A stretch of DNA of 64,000 nt from Nannocystales bacterium (lineage in GTDB: Bacteria > Myxococcota_A > Polyangia > Nannocystales > Nannocystaceae), in NCBI GenBank assembly GCA_050633305.1, contig JBOEGF010000010.1:1-64000 (forward strand), read 5' to 3'. The translations under genes were made by a program, and so were the position numbers. Below are positions 20,314 through 29,867 of this stretch, piece by piece. The notes below the pieces were generated by a model, which was not told the DNA's origin, did no database searches, and saw nothing but the letters and a program-made list of their open reading frames with translations. The stretch's first letter is position 1; each line of letters begins with the position of its first letter.

Positions 20314-23300
20314 ATGTCTGCCCGGCGAGCTCAGTCCGCGTTGTTTTGCAGCGCGTTTCTTTTGGTGCCCTCGTATGCACTCGCGGAGGTCGAAGACGAC
20401 GCTCCATCGCTTCGTCGGGACTACAAGGGACCCGAAACGTCGCCCGAGCCAGAGCCGGGGGAGGTCGAAGTTGTGGCACCGCCGCCCTCGGAGGCCCCGG
20501 CCGAAGGCGCCGCTCCGCCGGTCGACGATGCGCCGGAGCCGGTTCTCGAGGAGCCGGAGCCGGAACCCGAGCCTCCTGCGGTCGCCGATGTTGCGATGGA
20601 CGAGGAGGAGGGCGACTTCGGGTTCGACTTCGTCGACCTGACCGAGGACGAGGACGCGCTCGCCGAGGAACTCAAGGTCGAGACGAAGAAGGTCCGCGGC
20701 AAGGCAGGGACCGTCACCGGCCGTGTGCTCGACTCGAGCACGGGAGAGCCACTGATCGGTGCATACGTCGAGGCGATCGACAGCGAGTACAAGACCAAGA
20801 CCGACGTCGAGGGGAATTACACCCTCGAGCTGCCCGTCGGGACCTGGGAGATTCGTGTTCGCTCGGATGCCAACGAGCCGCGGCGGATCTCGAACGTGGT
20901 CGTCGAGGACGGGGCGAGTCAGACGCTGAACTCCGAGCTCCGACCCCTGGAGGGCGCGGGACAGACGGTGCTCGTTCAGGCCGAGATGAACCGCGAAAGC
21001 GAGGCGGCCCGGCTGCAGCAACGCAAAGAGTCCAGCGCAGCCCGGGACCTGATGAGCCGCGATGAGATCGCAAAGTCCGGCGGGGGGTCTACCTCCGCGG
21101 TCGCGCGCCGAATCGTTGGCGTGACCGTGGTCGGCGGTCGCTACCTCTTCGTCCGCGGCCTCGGTCACCGCTACGTCAACACGCTGTTCGACGGGGCCCG
21201 CGTCCCAAGCCCCGAGCCTGAGCTGCGTACCGTCCCGCTCGATATTTTCCCTTCATCGGCTCTGTCGGCGATCAACGTCCAGAAGACGTTCACCCCTGAT
21301 GTCCCCGGCGACTTCGCGGGGGGATCGGTTCAGCTCGAAAGCCGCGAGGTGCCCGACGACCTGCTGGTCTCGGTTGGTGGGCAGGCGGGTGCGAATACCG
21401 CGACGACGTTCCGCCACATGCTGACCAACGGGTCGTTCGCTGCCGATTCGTTTGGCTTCGGCAACATCCCGCGCCGGCTGCCGGGTGTGCTGCCCACGAA
21501 TACTGCCGCCAGCCGAGGGGTGCTCGACGAGGACTACCAGCCGGTCTACTCGGCCGAAGAGATCGAAGCGTTCGGTGACGCGATGTACACCGATACGCGC
21601 ATGCGAAGCGCGAAGGCGCCGCCCAACTTCGGTGCCAACGCGACACTCGGCTACGGCTTCAAGCCGCACGGCGAAGACAGCAAGCTTGGGGTGCTGTGGA
21701 CGGCACAGTACAAGAACGAGCACCAGACCCATCGTTTCAACACGCCGATCCGGCAGTACCCGATCTCAGGGGAGCCGGGTGTGGACTACGGCGGCAAACG
21801 GACGCGCAACACCGTGGCGTGGTCCAGCGCGGGCCTGGCCAAGTACGACATCAACAAGCAGCACCGCCTGGAGCTGTTGGGCTTCTACTCTCGGGAAGCT
21901 GAGGACGAGACTCGGCGCCTCAATGGCATCGCGCGCAACGTCTCCGGTCCCGACCCCGTCATCTCCACCCGCATCCGATACATCATGCGGTCGATCGCGA
22001 TGACGCGATTGGGTGGCAAGCACGAGTTCCCGGGGGCCAAGGGGCTTCAGCTCGACTGGTTTGGGTCGTACGCTCAAGCGCGTCGCGACGACCCGTCGAT
22101 TCGCGAGAACTTCTTCACCGACGCGGACGGCGACGGTGAGTATATCTTCGACCGCGGAAACGACGGTGGAAAGCAGACGTTCCTCGACCTCACGGACCAT
22201 ACCGAGAGCGGGGCCGCCAACCTGACGATGCCATTCAAGCAGTGGAATGGTCTGAAGGGCAAGGTGAAGGCGGGCGCGTGGCTGGAAGGAAAACAGCGCT
22301 CGTTCGATGTGCGCCGCTTCCTGTTCCAAGGCGGACTCACCGAGCTGATCCCGCCCGGAACCGGGAACGTCATCAACAAGAACACGACCGGCGGCGGGCC
22401 CGACGAGAACGCATTTTATCTGCAGGAGGCCACTCGCCCCTCGGACAACTACCGGGCGTCGCAGGAGATCTACGCAGGCTACGCGATGACCGAGCTCCCG
22501 ATGGTGCGCTGGTTCAAGATCGCCGGCGGAGCACGACTCGAGTCGAGCACCATCCGTGTTGAGCCCTACGACCCCTACGCGGACCCCGACGCGATGGCCG
22601 ACGAGGAACTCTCGCAGGTCACGCTCGCCAAGCTCGACGTCTTGCCGTCGGTGTCGCTGATTTTCTCGCCGACAGAGAAGCAGAACATTCGGATGTCTGG
22701 CACCCGGACGCTTGCCCGTCCTGAGTTTCGCGAGCTGGCCCCGTTTTCGTTCACCGACTTCGTCGGTGGTGCCGAAGTCATTGGGAACCCGAACCTCGAG
22801 CAGACCAAGATCTGGAACGCGGACCTCCGGTGGGAATGGTTCCCCAGTGGAAACGAGGTCATCGCTGCGTCGCTTTTCTACAAGTACCTCGACGAGCCGA
22901 TCGAGCAAGTTCAGCTGCCGCGGATCCCGTTCCTGTCCAGCTACCGAAACGCGGATGCAGCCCAGAACGTCGGATTCGAGTTCGAGGCACGCAAGAACCT
23001 GGAGTTTGTGTGGCGGAAGCTCGAGGACGTCTCCTTGGGTACGAACTTCACGTTGCTTCACTCGAGGGTGCAGCTGCGGCCGCCCTGCGAGCCGGGTCCG
23101 GAGAACGAGTGTGGTGCCCTCTCGGACAGTGATGTCTCCACCTCGCGGGTTCGACCGCTGCAGGACCAGTCACCGTTCGTGATCAACGCCTATCTGGACT
23201 ACGAGAACGAGGACTCTGGGACTGGGGCCCGCGTGCTCTACAACATCGAAGGCCGAAAGATCACCAACGTGGGCGGACTGGGACTACAGGACGTCTATTT

Positions 23301-23502
23301 GACGCCGCGCAACAAGGTCGACCTCACGTTCACTCAGCGGCTCTACAAAGGCTTGGACCTCAACCTCTCCGCGGAGAACGTCGCGAACGCGCCGTGGGAG
23401 TGGAAGCAGGATGATCGCGTACTTGAGCGCTGGCGTGAAGGCGTCACCTTCACGATCGGTCTCTCGTACGGCTTCGATCGAAGCAAGCAATACGACGAGT
23501 GA
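20314..23502 (+). CDS. TonB-dependent receptor with N-terminal carboxypeptidase-regulatory-like domain
   Basis: Signal peptide; GTVTGRVLDSSTGEPLIGAYV; plug YLFVRGLGHRYVNTLFDG...VPLDIFP; barrel ARPEFRELAP, GNPNLEQTKIWNADLRWEWF. Confidence 0.93.
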   Translation: MSARRAQSALFCSAFLLVPSYALAEVEDDAPSLRRDYKGPETSPEPEPGEVEVVAPPPSEAPAEGAAPPVDDAPEPVLEEPEPEPEPPAVADVAMDEEEGDFGFDFVDLTEDEDALAEELKVETKKVRGKAGTVTGRVLDSSTGEPLIGAYVEAIDSEYKTKTDVEGNYTLELPVGTWEIRVRSDANEPRRISNVVVEDGASQTLNSELRPLEGAGQTVLVQAEMNRESEAARLQQRKESSAARDLMSRDEIAKSGGGSTSAVARRIVGVTVVGGRYLFVRGLGHRYVNTLFDGARVPSPEPELRTVPLDIFPSSALSAINVQKTFTPDVPGDFAGGSVQLESREVPDDLLVSVGGQAGANTATTFRHMLTNGSFAADSFGFGNIPRRLPGVLPTNTAASRGVLDEDYQPVYSAEEIEAFGDAMYTDTRMRSAKAPPNFGANATLGYGFKPHGEDSKLGVLWTAQYKNEHQTHRFNTPIRQYPISGEPGVDYGGKRTRNTVAWSSAGLAKYDINKQHRLELLGFYSREAEDETRRLNGIARNVSGPDPVISTRIRYIMRSIAMTRLGGKHEFPGAKGLQLDWFGSYAQARRDDPSIRENFFTDADGDGEYIFDRGNDGGKQTFLDLTDHTESGAANLTMPFKQWNGLKGKVKAGAWLEGKQRSFDVRRFLFQGGLTELIPPGTGNVINKNTTGGGPDENAFYLQEATRPSDNYRASQEIYAGYAMTELPMVRWFKIAGGARLESSTIRVEPYDPYADPDAMADEELSQVTLAKLDVLPSVSLIFSPTEKQNIRMSGTRTLARPEFRELAPFSFTDFVGGAEVIGNPNLEQTKIWNADLRWEWFPSGNEVIAASLFYKYLDEPIEQVQLPRIPFLSSYRNADAAQNVGFEFEARKNLEFVWRKLEDVSLGTNFTLLHSRVQLRPPCEPGPENECGALSDSDVSTSRVRPLQDQSPFVINAYLDYENEDSGTGARVLYNIEGRKITNVGGLGLQDVYLTPRNKVDLTFTQRLYKGLDLNLSAENVANAPWEWKQDDRVLERWREGVTFTIGLSYGFDRSKQYDE

Positions 23503-23585
23503 CGTTGCTGAGACGTCACCGCGAGTTGACGCTGCCGCGGACCGCCCGTGACCGACCTCGTGCACATTGCGATTGCGAGAAACGC

Positions 23586-24953
23586 ATGAAGACTCTGACT
23601 CCAATTCTGATCGCCGCGGCACTGCTTGCGGCATGTGATCCCGAAGCCAACGAAGACACGGGCGACATGGGGAGCTCGCAGGGGGAGAGCGCCGGGACGG
23701 GCGAGGCGGAGACCGGCGACGAAGACACGGGCGGCCCGAGCACGGCATGTGCGGACGCTGCTTCCGGGCCCACGATGGGAATCAGCGCCGATATCGAGGG
23801 CGACATGATGCTCACTTGCGACACAATCTGGGTGCTCGAAGACATCATCTTCGTGCGCGGCGGAACGCTCACGGTCGAGGCTGGTACGACGATTAAGGGC
23901 ACCGAAGGCTCCGCTCTCGTCATCGAGCAGAACGCGACGATCGTCGCTGAAGGCAGCGCAGACGCTCCGATCGTCATGACGTCGATTCAAGCCGAGGGGG
24001 CGCGGGGCCGCGGTGATTGGGGCGGTTTGGTTCTGCTGGGCTCCGCGCCGACGAACCTCGAGGGCGGCGTCGGTCAAGCCGAAGGGTTCTCCAACCCTCC
24101 GGCGTACGGTGGCAGCGACATGGCGCACAACTGCGGGTCGCTGGAGTACCTGCGAGTCGAGTGGGCGGGCTTCGCCATCGCCGAGGGCTCGGAGCTCAAC
24201 GGGATCACGTTCTACGCGTGCGGCACCGATACATCGGTCAGCTATGTCCAAGTGCACATGGGTGCGGACGATGGCATCGAGATGTTCGGCGGGAACTTCA
24301 ATGCCGACCATATCGTGGTCACGGGCGCCGAGGACGACAGCATCGACTGCGACCAGGGCTTTCAAGGAAGCTTGCAGTACGTCTTCATTCAGCAGGACCC
24401 CGCGATCGGTGACAACGCATTCGAGTGGAGCAACCAGGGAACTGACTTCTCCGCCACCCCGATCACATCTCCCTCGGTGGCCAACGCCACCGTCGTTGGG
24501 TCCGGGTCCGGCGGCGACAAGAGCAAGGGCCTCACGCTCAAGGAAGGCGCCGAGGCGACGCTGGTCAACTCGGTGTTCGGGAACTTCACCAACGAGCTGG
24601 TGTTCCTGCAGAACCTCGAGACCCAACGCGTTGCGGAGGGTGGAGGTGTTGTGATCGAAGGGAATGTCTTGTTCGCATCCGGAGCGCCGGGGGTGGATGA
24701 CGAAGATGGGTCGGACATCACTTGGACCGCAGAGGACCTTCAGAGCTTTCTCGACGACGGAGGCAACGTGGATGCCGACCCGATGTTGGGGTCGACGCAG
24801 TGGGGGAATCCTGACATCGCGCCGATGACGGGTTCCCCTGTCGAGACGGGTGCGGTCGACCCGGGGACGGGTTTCGAAGCTACGGACTACGTCGGTGCCA
24901 TCGAGCCCGGTGGCGACGATTGGACCGTGGGCTGGACCAACTTCGAAAGCTGA
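23586..24953 (+). CDS. TBDR-associated beta-helix lipoprotein
   Basis: MKTLTPILIAAALLAAC; PIVMTS...GDWGGLVLLG-x-AP-x-N, YGG...GSLEYLRVEWAG, DDGIEMFGG, DDSIDCDQG; ends DWTVGWT. Confidence 0.85.
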   Translation: MKTLTPILIAAALLAACDPEANEDTGDMGSSQGESAGTGEAETGDEDTGGPSTACADAASGPTMGISADIEGDMMLTCDTIWVLEDIIFVRGGTLTVEAGTTIKGTEGSALVIEQNATIVAEGSADAPIVMTSIQAEGARGRGDWGGLVLLGSAPTNLEGGVGQAEGFSNPPAYGGSDMAHNCGSLEYLRVEWAGFAIAEGSELNGITFYACGTDTSVSYVQVHMGADDGIEMFGGNFNADHIVVTGAEDDSIDCDQGFQGSLQYVFIQQDPAIGDNAFEWSNQGTDFSATPITSPSVANATVVGSGSGGDKSKGLTLKEGAEATLVNSVFGNFTNELVFLQNLETQRVAEGGGVVIEGNVLFASGAPGVDDEDGSDITWTAEDLQSFLDDGGNVDADPMLGSTQWGNPDIAPMTGSPVETGAVDPGTGFEATDYVGAIEPGGDDWTVGWTNFES

Positions 24954-25060
24954 ACCCGAATCGCGGGGTTGTTCTCGGCCGCGCTTGACTGCGCGAGTTC
25001 GGTGAGCACCTCGAGCCTTCCGCCTGCAACGGGCGGGGGCTCGGATTGTTGGGTTTGAGT

Positions 25061-26248
25061 TTACGGTCGAGTCGGATCCGCTCGTAACACGTGTCTTAGC
25101 CCCCACACGCCGATCATCGGCCCTGGCAGCAGAAGTGTGAACAACCACGGCTCGGGGATGTGTGGCGCAACCCAGCTCAGCAATGAGATCGCCGGGATGG
25201 TCAGCGCAAACCCCAGCGCGTTCATCACGGTCAGGCCTGTTCCGACCTTGTCGGGTGGAGCGGAGCGAGCGGCCACCGCCGAGAACTGTGGCGAGTCGCC
25301 GGCCGCCATCACACCCCAGAGCACCAAGAACGCGAGGCCGGCCTCGGCTGAGCCTCTGGACAACACGAAGGGGCTCAGCAGGCAGCATGTTCCGGAGCCG
25401 GAGAGCAGGGCGCCAGCGACTCGCGCGCTGCCCCAGCGCCGCGAAGCGAAGCCTCCCGCGACGCAGCCGATGCTGCCCGCTCCGATGATCGCAAACGCCC
25501 AGCGACCGTCGCCAGCCTCCTCGCCCGCCACCATCTGGACCGCAAACGGGACGAACGCCCAGAATGCGTAGAGTTCCCACATGTGCCCGAAGTAACCCAG
25601 CGCGGCGCTGCGAAAGTCTCGGATCGCGAAGAGGTCGAACGCGTCTCGAACACGCCCGGGGCGACCGCGACCGACGCCGGGTCCTTCGGGGACCGTGGCG
25701 ACCACGGCGACTCCCCCAGTGAGCGCGAGTCCCGAGGCGGTGAAGACGAGTGCTCCGGGGTCGAGGGCCAGGGAACGGAGCAGTTGCGGGAACGCGGTGC
25801 CTAGAACCAGCGCGCCGACGAGGAATCCGATCGCCGATCCAAGACCATCGCGGAACCACGATGCGGCCAGTTTCATCCCCACCGGGTAGACCCCCGCGAG
25901 GCTGATGCCGGTGAGCACGCGCATCGCCATGAACCATCCGAACGACTCGGGAGCGATCATCGAGGCCGCGTTTGCAGCTCCGGCGAGCGTCGCCGACGCG
26001 GCAAAAAGGTGGTGGCTGCGGATCCGGTCGGAGAGTCCGCTGAACGCGAACAGCAGCGTGCCCGCGATGAATCCCAGCTGGACACTCGAGGTCACCCACG
26101 CCAGTCCGCCGGTGATGCCGGACCAGTGGTGAGCCAGGTCTGGGAGGACCGCGTTGCCGACGAACCAGACTGAGCTGCCAGCGAACTGAGCTACGACGAT
26201 CGTAGGCAGGATATGCGGCGCAGGCCGCGACGAAGACGAGTCGCCCAC
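25061..26248 (-). CDS. MFS transporter
   Basis: Many TM segments; SSVQLGFIAGTL, GLSDRI, YPVGMKL, GYFGHMWELYAFW, GDSPQFSA. Start estimated at GTG 26248. Confidence 0.9.
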   Translation of the reverse strand: MGDSSSSRPAPHILPTIVVAQFAGSSVWFVGNAVLPDLAHHWSGITGGLAWVTSSVQLGFIAGTLLFAFSGLSDRIRSHHLFAASATLAGAANAASMIAPESFGWFMAMRVLTGISLAGVYPVGMKLAASWFRDGLGSAIGFLVGALVLGTAFPQLLRSLALDPGALVFTASGLALTGGVAVVATVPEGPGVGRGRPGRVRDAFDLFAIRDFRSAALGYFGHMWELYAFWAFVPFAVQMVAGEEAGDGRWAFAIIGAGSIGCVAGGFASRRWGSARVAGALLSGSGTCCLLSPFVLSRGSAEAGLAFLVLWGVMAAGDSPQFSAVAARSAPPDKVGTGLTVMNALGFALTIPAISLLSWVAPHIPEPWLFTLLLPGPMIGVWGLRHVLRADPTRP

Positions 26249-26396
26249 CGGGCGGGAGGGTAGCAGGAGGGCCTCGCCCGAACACATGCGAGACCTTCCC
26301 GCATCGGGACGCCGTCGCCGCCGGGGCTGCCCTGTTGGAGCCGCGGGGCATTGATCCCGACCATGTCCGGTACCTCGTAGATGATACAGGTCGATA

Positions 26397-27308
26397 GTGG
26401 CGAAGCTCGATCCTTCCCAACTCGTTGCACTGCACGCGCTGCTCGAGGAGTGCCATGTCACCGCGGCAGCGCGACGGCTCGGGGTGACGCAGTCCACGAT
26501 GAGCCACCGGCTCCGCCAGCTTCGCGATGAGCTCGGCGACCCGCTGTTGGTTCGTCAGGGTCGAGCCCTGGTGCGAACCGCGAGGGCCCAGACACTCCTG
26601 GGTCCGCTTGGGGAGGCTCTTGACGCATTGGAAAAGGCCGTGGCCGATCCCGAGCCGTTTGACCCGGCACGTGCCGAGGTGGAGGTGCCGATCGCCGTCC
26701 CCGACCTCCTCGCGCCCGTGCTGCCCCGCATCATCGGAGTGCTTCAGCACGAATCGCCGCAGTTGAAGCTTCGGATCATCCCGATTCCGCGTGATATCCC
26801 CGAAGCTCTTGCAACGGACAGCCGCTGGTTGGTGCTGGCCCCCTCGCATCTGTCGAACGACACGACCCGCTCTCGGGGCCTTGGCGAGCTGCGGTTCGGT
26901 GCAGTCGCGCGGACCGGCCATCCCGCGTTCCGAAGCACGCTGACGCTCAAGCGTTGGCTCGCGTATCCGCATGTGGTGGTGAGCGTCGGCAATCGTTCCA
27001 CGAATCTGGTCGACCAAGCGCTTGAAGAGCGGGGTCGAAGCCGCAACATCGGGCTGACGGTGCCCAACTTTCTTGCCGGCCTCATCGCCGTGGCGACGTC
27101 CGATCTCCTGATGAACGCCCCCATGCCGCTTGGGCGCGAAGTGACGGAGCTGCTGGGTGTCCGGACCCGCAAGCTTCCCATCCCCGTCGAGCCGGTTCGT
27201 CTCTCGGTGCTGTGGCATGAGCGGCGGCATCAGGAGCCGGCGCATGTCTGGCTCCGCGGGCGTTTGTACGAGCTGGTCCGGGCATGGCTTCGACCATCGA
27301 CCGATTGA
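26397..27308 (+). CDS. LysR family regulator (NodD/MexT-like)
   Basis: LVALHALLEECHVTAAARRLGVTQSTMSHRLRQLR...GDPLLVR; WHERRHQEPAHVWLR. Confidence 0.93.
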   Translation: MAKLDPSQLVALHALLEECHVTAAARRLGVTQSTMSHRLRQLRDELGDPLLVRQGRALVRTARAQTLLGPLGEALDALEKAVADPEPFDPARAEVEVPIAVPDLLAPVLPRIIGVLQHESPQLKLRIIPIPRDIPEALATDSRWLVLAPSHLSNDTTRSRGLGELRFGAVARTGHPAFRSTLTLKRWLAYPHVVVSVGNRSTNLVDQALEERGRSRNIGLTVPNFLAGLIAVATSDLLMNAPMPLGREVTELLGVRTRKLPIPVEPVRLSVLWHERRHQEPAHVWLRGRLYELVRAWLRPSTD

Positions 27309-27393
27309 CGGTCATATCGCTATGGTCGGGGACCATGTATGGCGTGACGAGTATCGATTGTACGCATGCTCGATGAGGTCCTAGCCTGTGGTC

Positions 27394-27966
27394 ATGTCAG
27401 CCACACTCAAGCGGCTCGAGGTTGGGGACCTCGTCCCCGGATTCGAGCTCCCCACGGTGCGACACGGCGTTCTTCGAGTACCGCAACCAGGGCTCGTGCA
27501 CCTACAGTTTCGACGGTTTGCCGGGTGCCCGGTGTGCAACGTCCACCTCCGAAGCTTCGCGCGTCGACATGACGAACTCGTGGCCGCCGGGGTGAGGACG
27601 GTCGCCGTATTTCACTCGACCCTCGACGAGCTACGCGATGCAGGTGGCGACTTCCCGATGCCCATCGCTTCGGATCCAGGAAGGCGGGTGTACGAGCAGT
27701 ACGGCGTGGGGCAGTCGCTGAAGGCGCTGCTGCACCCTCGAGCGTGGTGGAAAGGGCTCTGTGGCGTGGCGCAGACGCGGCAGCCATGGCGTGGAGCGAG
27801 TTCGCCCCTGGGCCTGCCTGCCGAGTTTCTCGTCCGGGCCGACGGCAAGCTCCTCGATCTACACTACGGGGCACACGCCGACGACCACTGGGAGGTCGAC
27901 GAGCTGTTGGCGCGGGTGGCCAAGGTCCGCGCTCATTCGCTCGAGGCGGCGGAGGTGGCCTCGTGA
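27394..27966 (+). CDS. AhpC/TSA-family peroxiredoxin-like protein
   Basis: HLQFRRFAGCPVCNVH CxxC; SDPGRRVY; LPAEFLV. Confidence 0.85.
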   Translation: MSATLKRLEVGDLVPGFELPTVRHGVLRVPQPGLVHLQFRRFAGCPVCNVHLRSFARRHDELVAAGVRTVAVFHSTLDELRDAGGDFPMPIASDPGRRVYEQYGVGQSLKALLHPRAWWKGLCGVAQTRQPWRGASSPLGLPAEFLVRADGKLLDLHYGAHADDHWEVDELLARVAKVRAHSLEAAEVAS

Positions 27967-28466
27967 AGCGGGTGCTCTCGTGGGTCCTCGGGGGTCTTCT
28001 CTGCTCCTGCGCGAGTGGACAACCGCCGACCGCAGCGGTCGAGCTCGGGGGTCCGCAACGGCCAGCACTCGCGGAGTACAACCTCAAGGACTCGCTCGCC
28101 CTCCAGGGCTACGATCCGGTGAGCTACTTCCCCGAGGGTGGCGCTCGACCCGAGCCCGGGGATCCAGGCCAGGCCCTACGCTACCGAGGTGTTGTGTATC
28201 GCTTCTCGAGCCGTGCCAACCGCCGGAGGTTTGAGGCGGAGCCGGGGCGGTACGAGCCAGCCTACGGAGGCTGGTGCGCATGGGCGATGGCGCGGGGCTT
28301 CCGCGTCCGCATCGACCCCCTGAGCTACACCCTCCAGGATGAAAAACTGCGATTGTTTTATCGCAACCCCATTGTGGACACGCGTGCGAAGTGGCTGCGC
28401 GGCGAGTTCCAGGAACTTGCCGGTGCGGCCGATGACCACTGGGCTCGACGCAGCGAGGCGGGCTGA
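27963..28466 (+). CDS. YHS-domain (seleno)protein family lipoprotein, Cys form
   Basis: LLCSC lipobox; ALQGYDPVSYF, YRFSSRANRRRF, YEPAYGGWCAWAMA. Confidence 0.88.
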   Translation: MKRVLSWVLGGLLCSCASGQPPTAAVELGGPQRPALAEYNLKDSLALQGYDPVSYFPEGGARPEPGDPGQALRYRGVVYRFSSRANRRRFEAEPGRYEPAYGGWCAWAMARGFRVRIDPLSYTLQDEKLRLFYRNPIVDTRAKWLRGEFQELAGAADDHWARRSEAG

Positions 28467-28496
28467 GACGGTCTGCTTGGCGTTGTTCACGAGACC

Positions 28497-28717
28497 CAAA
28501 AAATGCCGCCCACGAACGGAGCGTTCATGGGCGGCGAGGAAGGTTTCGGAACAAGAGCCTCTGCGGGAGCTCGAACAAGAGTGGGGAGAGAGTTCGACCC
28601 TTCGTGCCGAAGGAACTCGGCCTGCACGAAGGACACTTGACCGAACAGCGTGCTCCCGTAGAGGGCTCGCGGGGGTAGTGCGGGGCGGCGGGGTGAAGGT
28701 TCCCGGGTTGCCGAAAA
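28497..28717 (-). ncRNA. Candidate structured sRNA, ~220 nt
   Basis: Four stems between a sigma54-type motif and an intrinsic terminator; family not recognised. Confidence 0.45.
28498..28535 (-). terminator. Rho-independent terminator
   Basis: 14-bp stem (one G-U pair on the minus strand), 3-nt loop, then A and U6 on the minus strand. Confidence 0.85.
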
Positions 28718-28728
28718 AACGACCTGGG

Positions 28729-28743
28729 GCAGCAGACGCGCCG
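28729..28743 (-). promoter_or_regulatory. Possible sigma54 -24/-12 promoter
   Basis: Minus strand reads CGGCGCGTCTGCTGC (GG-N10-GC; consensus TGGCACG-N4-TTGC). Confidence 0.4.
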
Positions 28744-28751
28744 TTTGTCCG

Positions 28752-29303
28752 TCATTCCGCCAGTCGTGCTGCGAGCGCTCCGACCGCGGTGTTCAACGCT
28801 TCGCGGTGCTCGGGATCCTTGAGGACGCCCGCGTCGAGGTCGAACTTCTTGTAGAAGCTCGGCACCGAGAAGCTGCCGACGACTTCGGCGGCAAAGTGGG
28901 CGGCGGAGCCGAGCGCGGTCTTGAGGACATTGCCACCGCCTCCGCCGCCTGGCGATGTCGACATGATCGTCATGGGCTTTCCTTGGAAAACCTTGGCGTC
29001 GATACGGCTGGCCCAGTCGAAGGTGTTCTTGAAGGCGGCCGTGTACAGGCCGTTGTGCTCGGCGTAGGAGATCAGCAGCCCGTCGGCTTCGCCGATCTTG
29101 TTGAAGAACCGCTGGGCGGGCTCGGGGATGCCACCCTCCTTCTCCCGGTCGCTGCTGTACACGGGCATGTCGTAGTCGCGGAGATCAAGAAGTTCGATGT
29201 CGGCGGCGGGCAGGACTGCGAGGAGCCGGTCGGCAGCATGAGTGACCAAGGCTCGGTTGATCGATGTGCTCGAGGAGCTGGCGGCAAAGGCAAGGATCTT
29301 CAT
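28752..29303 (-). CDS. NADPH-dependent FMN reductase
   Basis: MKILAFAASSSSTSINRAL; YAEHNGLYTAAFKNTFDWASR; STSPGGGGG. Confidence 0.93.
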   Translation of the reverse strand: MKILAFAASSSSTSINRALVTHAADRLLAVLPAADIELLDLRDYDMPVYSSDREKEGGIPEPAQRFFNKIGEADGLLISYAEHNGLYTAAFKNTFDWASRIDAKVFQGKPMTIMSTSPGGGGGGNVLKTALGSAAHFAAEVVGSFSVPSFYKKFDLDAGVLKDPEHREALNTAVGALAARLAE

Positions 29304-29347
29304 CGTGGTGACTTCCTGGAGTGGTAGCGAGTGGCGAGGAGGGAGGG

Positions 29348-29746
29348 TCAGCCCGCTTTGGGGGCGATGGGAGCTCGGGTGAACCGGCCCCATGCGATGA
29401 AGGCTGACAACGCGCCGAGGACGATCGAGGGCACGGTGCCTGCGATGTCGCCCGAGAAGATGTGGGTGAGGGCGGCCAGCACCATGACCAGGGTCAGGGC
29501 TGCTGCGGCAAGTGGCGTGAGGCGAGGCGCAATGCGGAGTCCGGCTGGGAGAATCAGACCGACGGCACCCAGCACTTCGGAGAACCCGGCGATGCGGAGG
29601 ATCGCGAGTGGTTCGGCCATTCCCGCTGCCGCCAACTCAGCTCCGGGCGAAAACGCCTTGAAGCTCCCTGCCATGAAGAATGCAGCGGCGCCCAGCAGCT
29701 GGGCGACCCAGAGGCCGCGGTGTAGGTTTTTGTTGCTCGTGGTCAT
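29348..29746 (-). CDS. DoxX family membrane protein
   Basis: LWVAQLLGAAAFFMAGSFK...EVLGAVGLILP...LTPLAAAAL...H. Confidence 0.88.
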   Translation of the reverse strand: MTTSNKNLHRGLWVAQLLGAAAFFMAGSFKAFSPGAELAAAGMAEPLAILRIAGFSEVLGAVGLILPAGLRIAPRLTPLAAAALTLVMVLAALTHIFSGDIAGTVPSIVLGALSAFIAWGRFTRAPIAPKAG

Positions 29747-29867
29747 GTCGCCTCGTTCGGGCCTTGCTCGTTGCTGCCCTCGACAACGAACCTAGTCCTG
29801 CTCCATACTCGACACAACAGGGGCCATTCTGGCATCTGATGCTCATTTTGATCACAGCTGAGGTGCC

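Noticed and set aside
23343..27245. 1300-aa minus-strand ORF
   Set aside because: Overlaps three clear genes (lipoprotein, MFS in another frame, LysR); Arg/Pro-rich with no motifs. A stop-poor high-GC artefact.
27963..28466. Selenoprotein recoding in the YHS protein
   Set aside because: The relevant position is a Cys codon (TGC, GGWCAW); there is no in-frame TGA.
28525..28755. 76-aa minus-strand ORF across the candidate sRNA
   Set aside because: No recognisable motif, low-complexity composition, and it ends inside the terminator stem; cannot be fully excluded.
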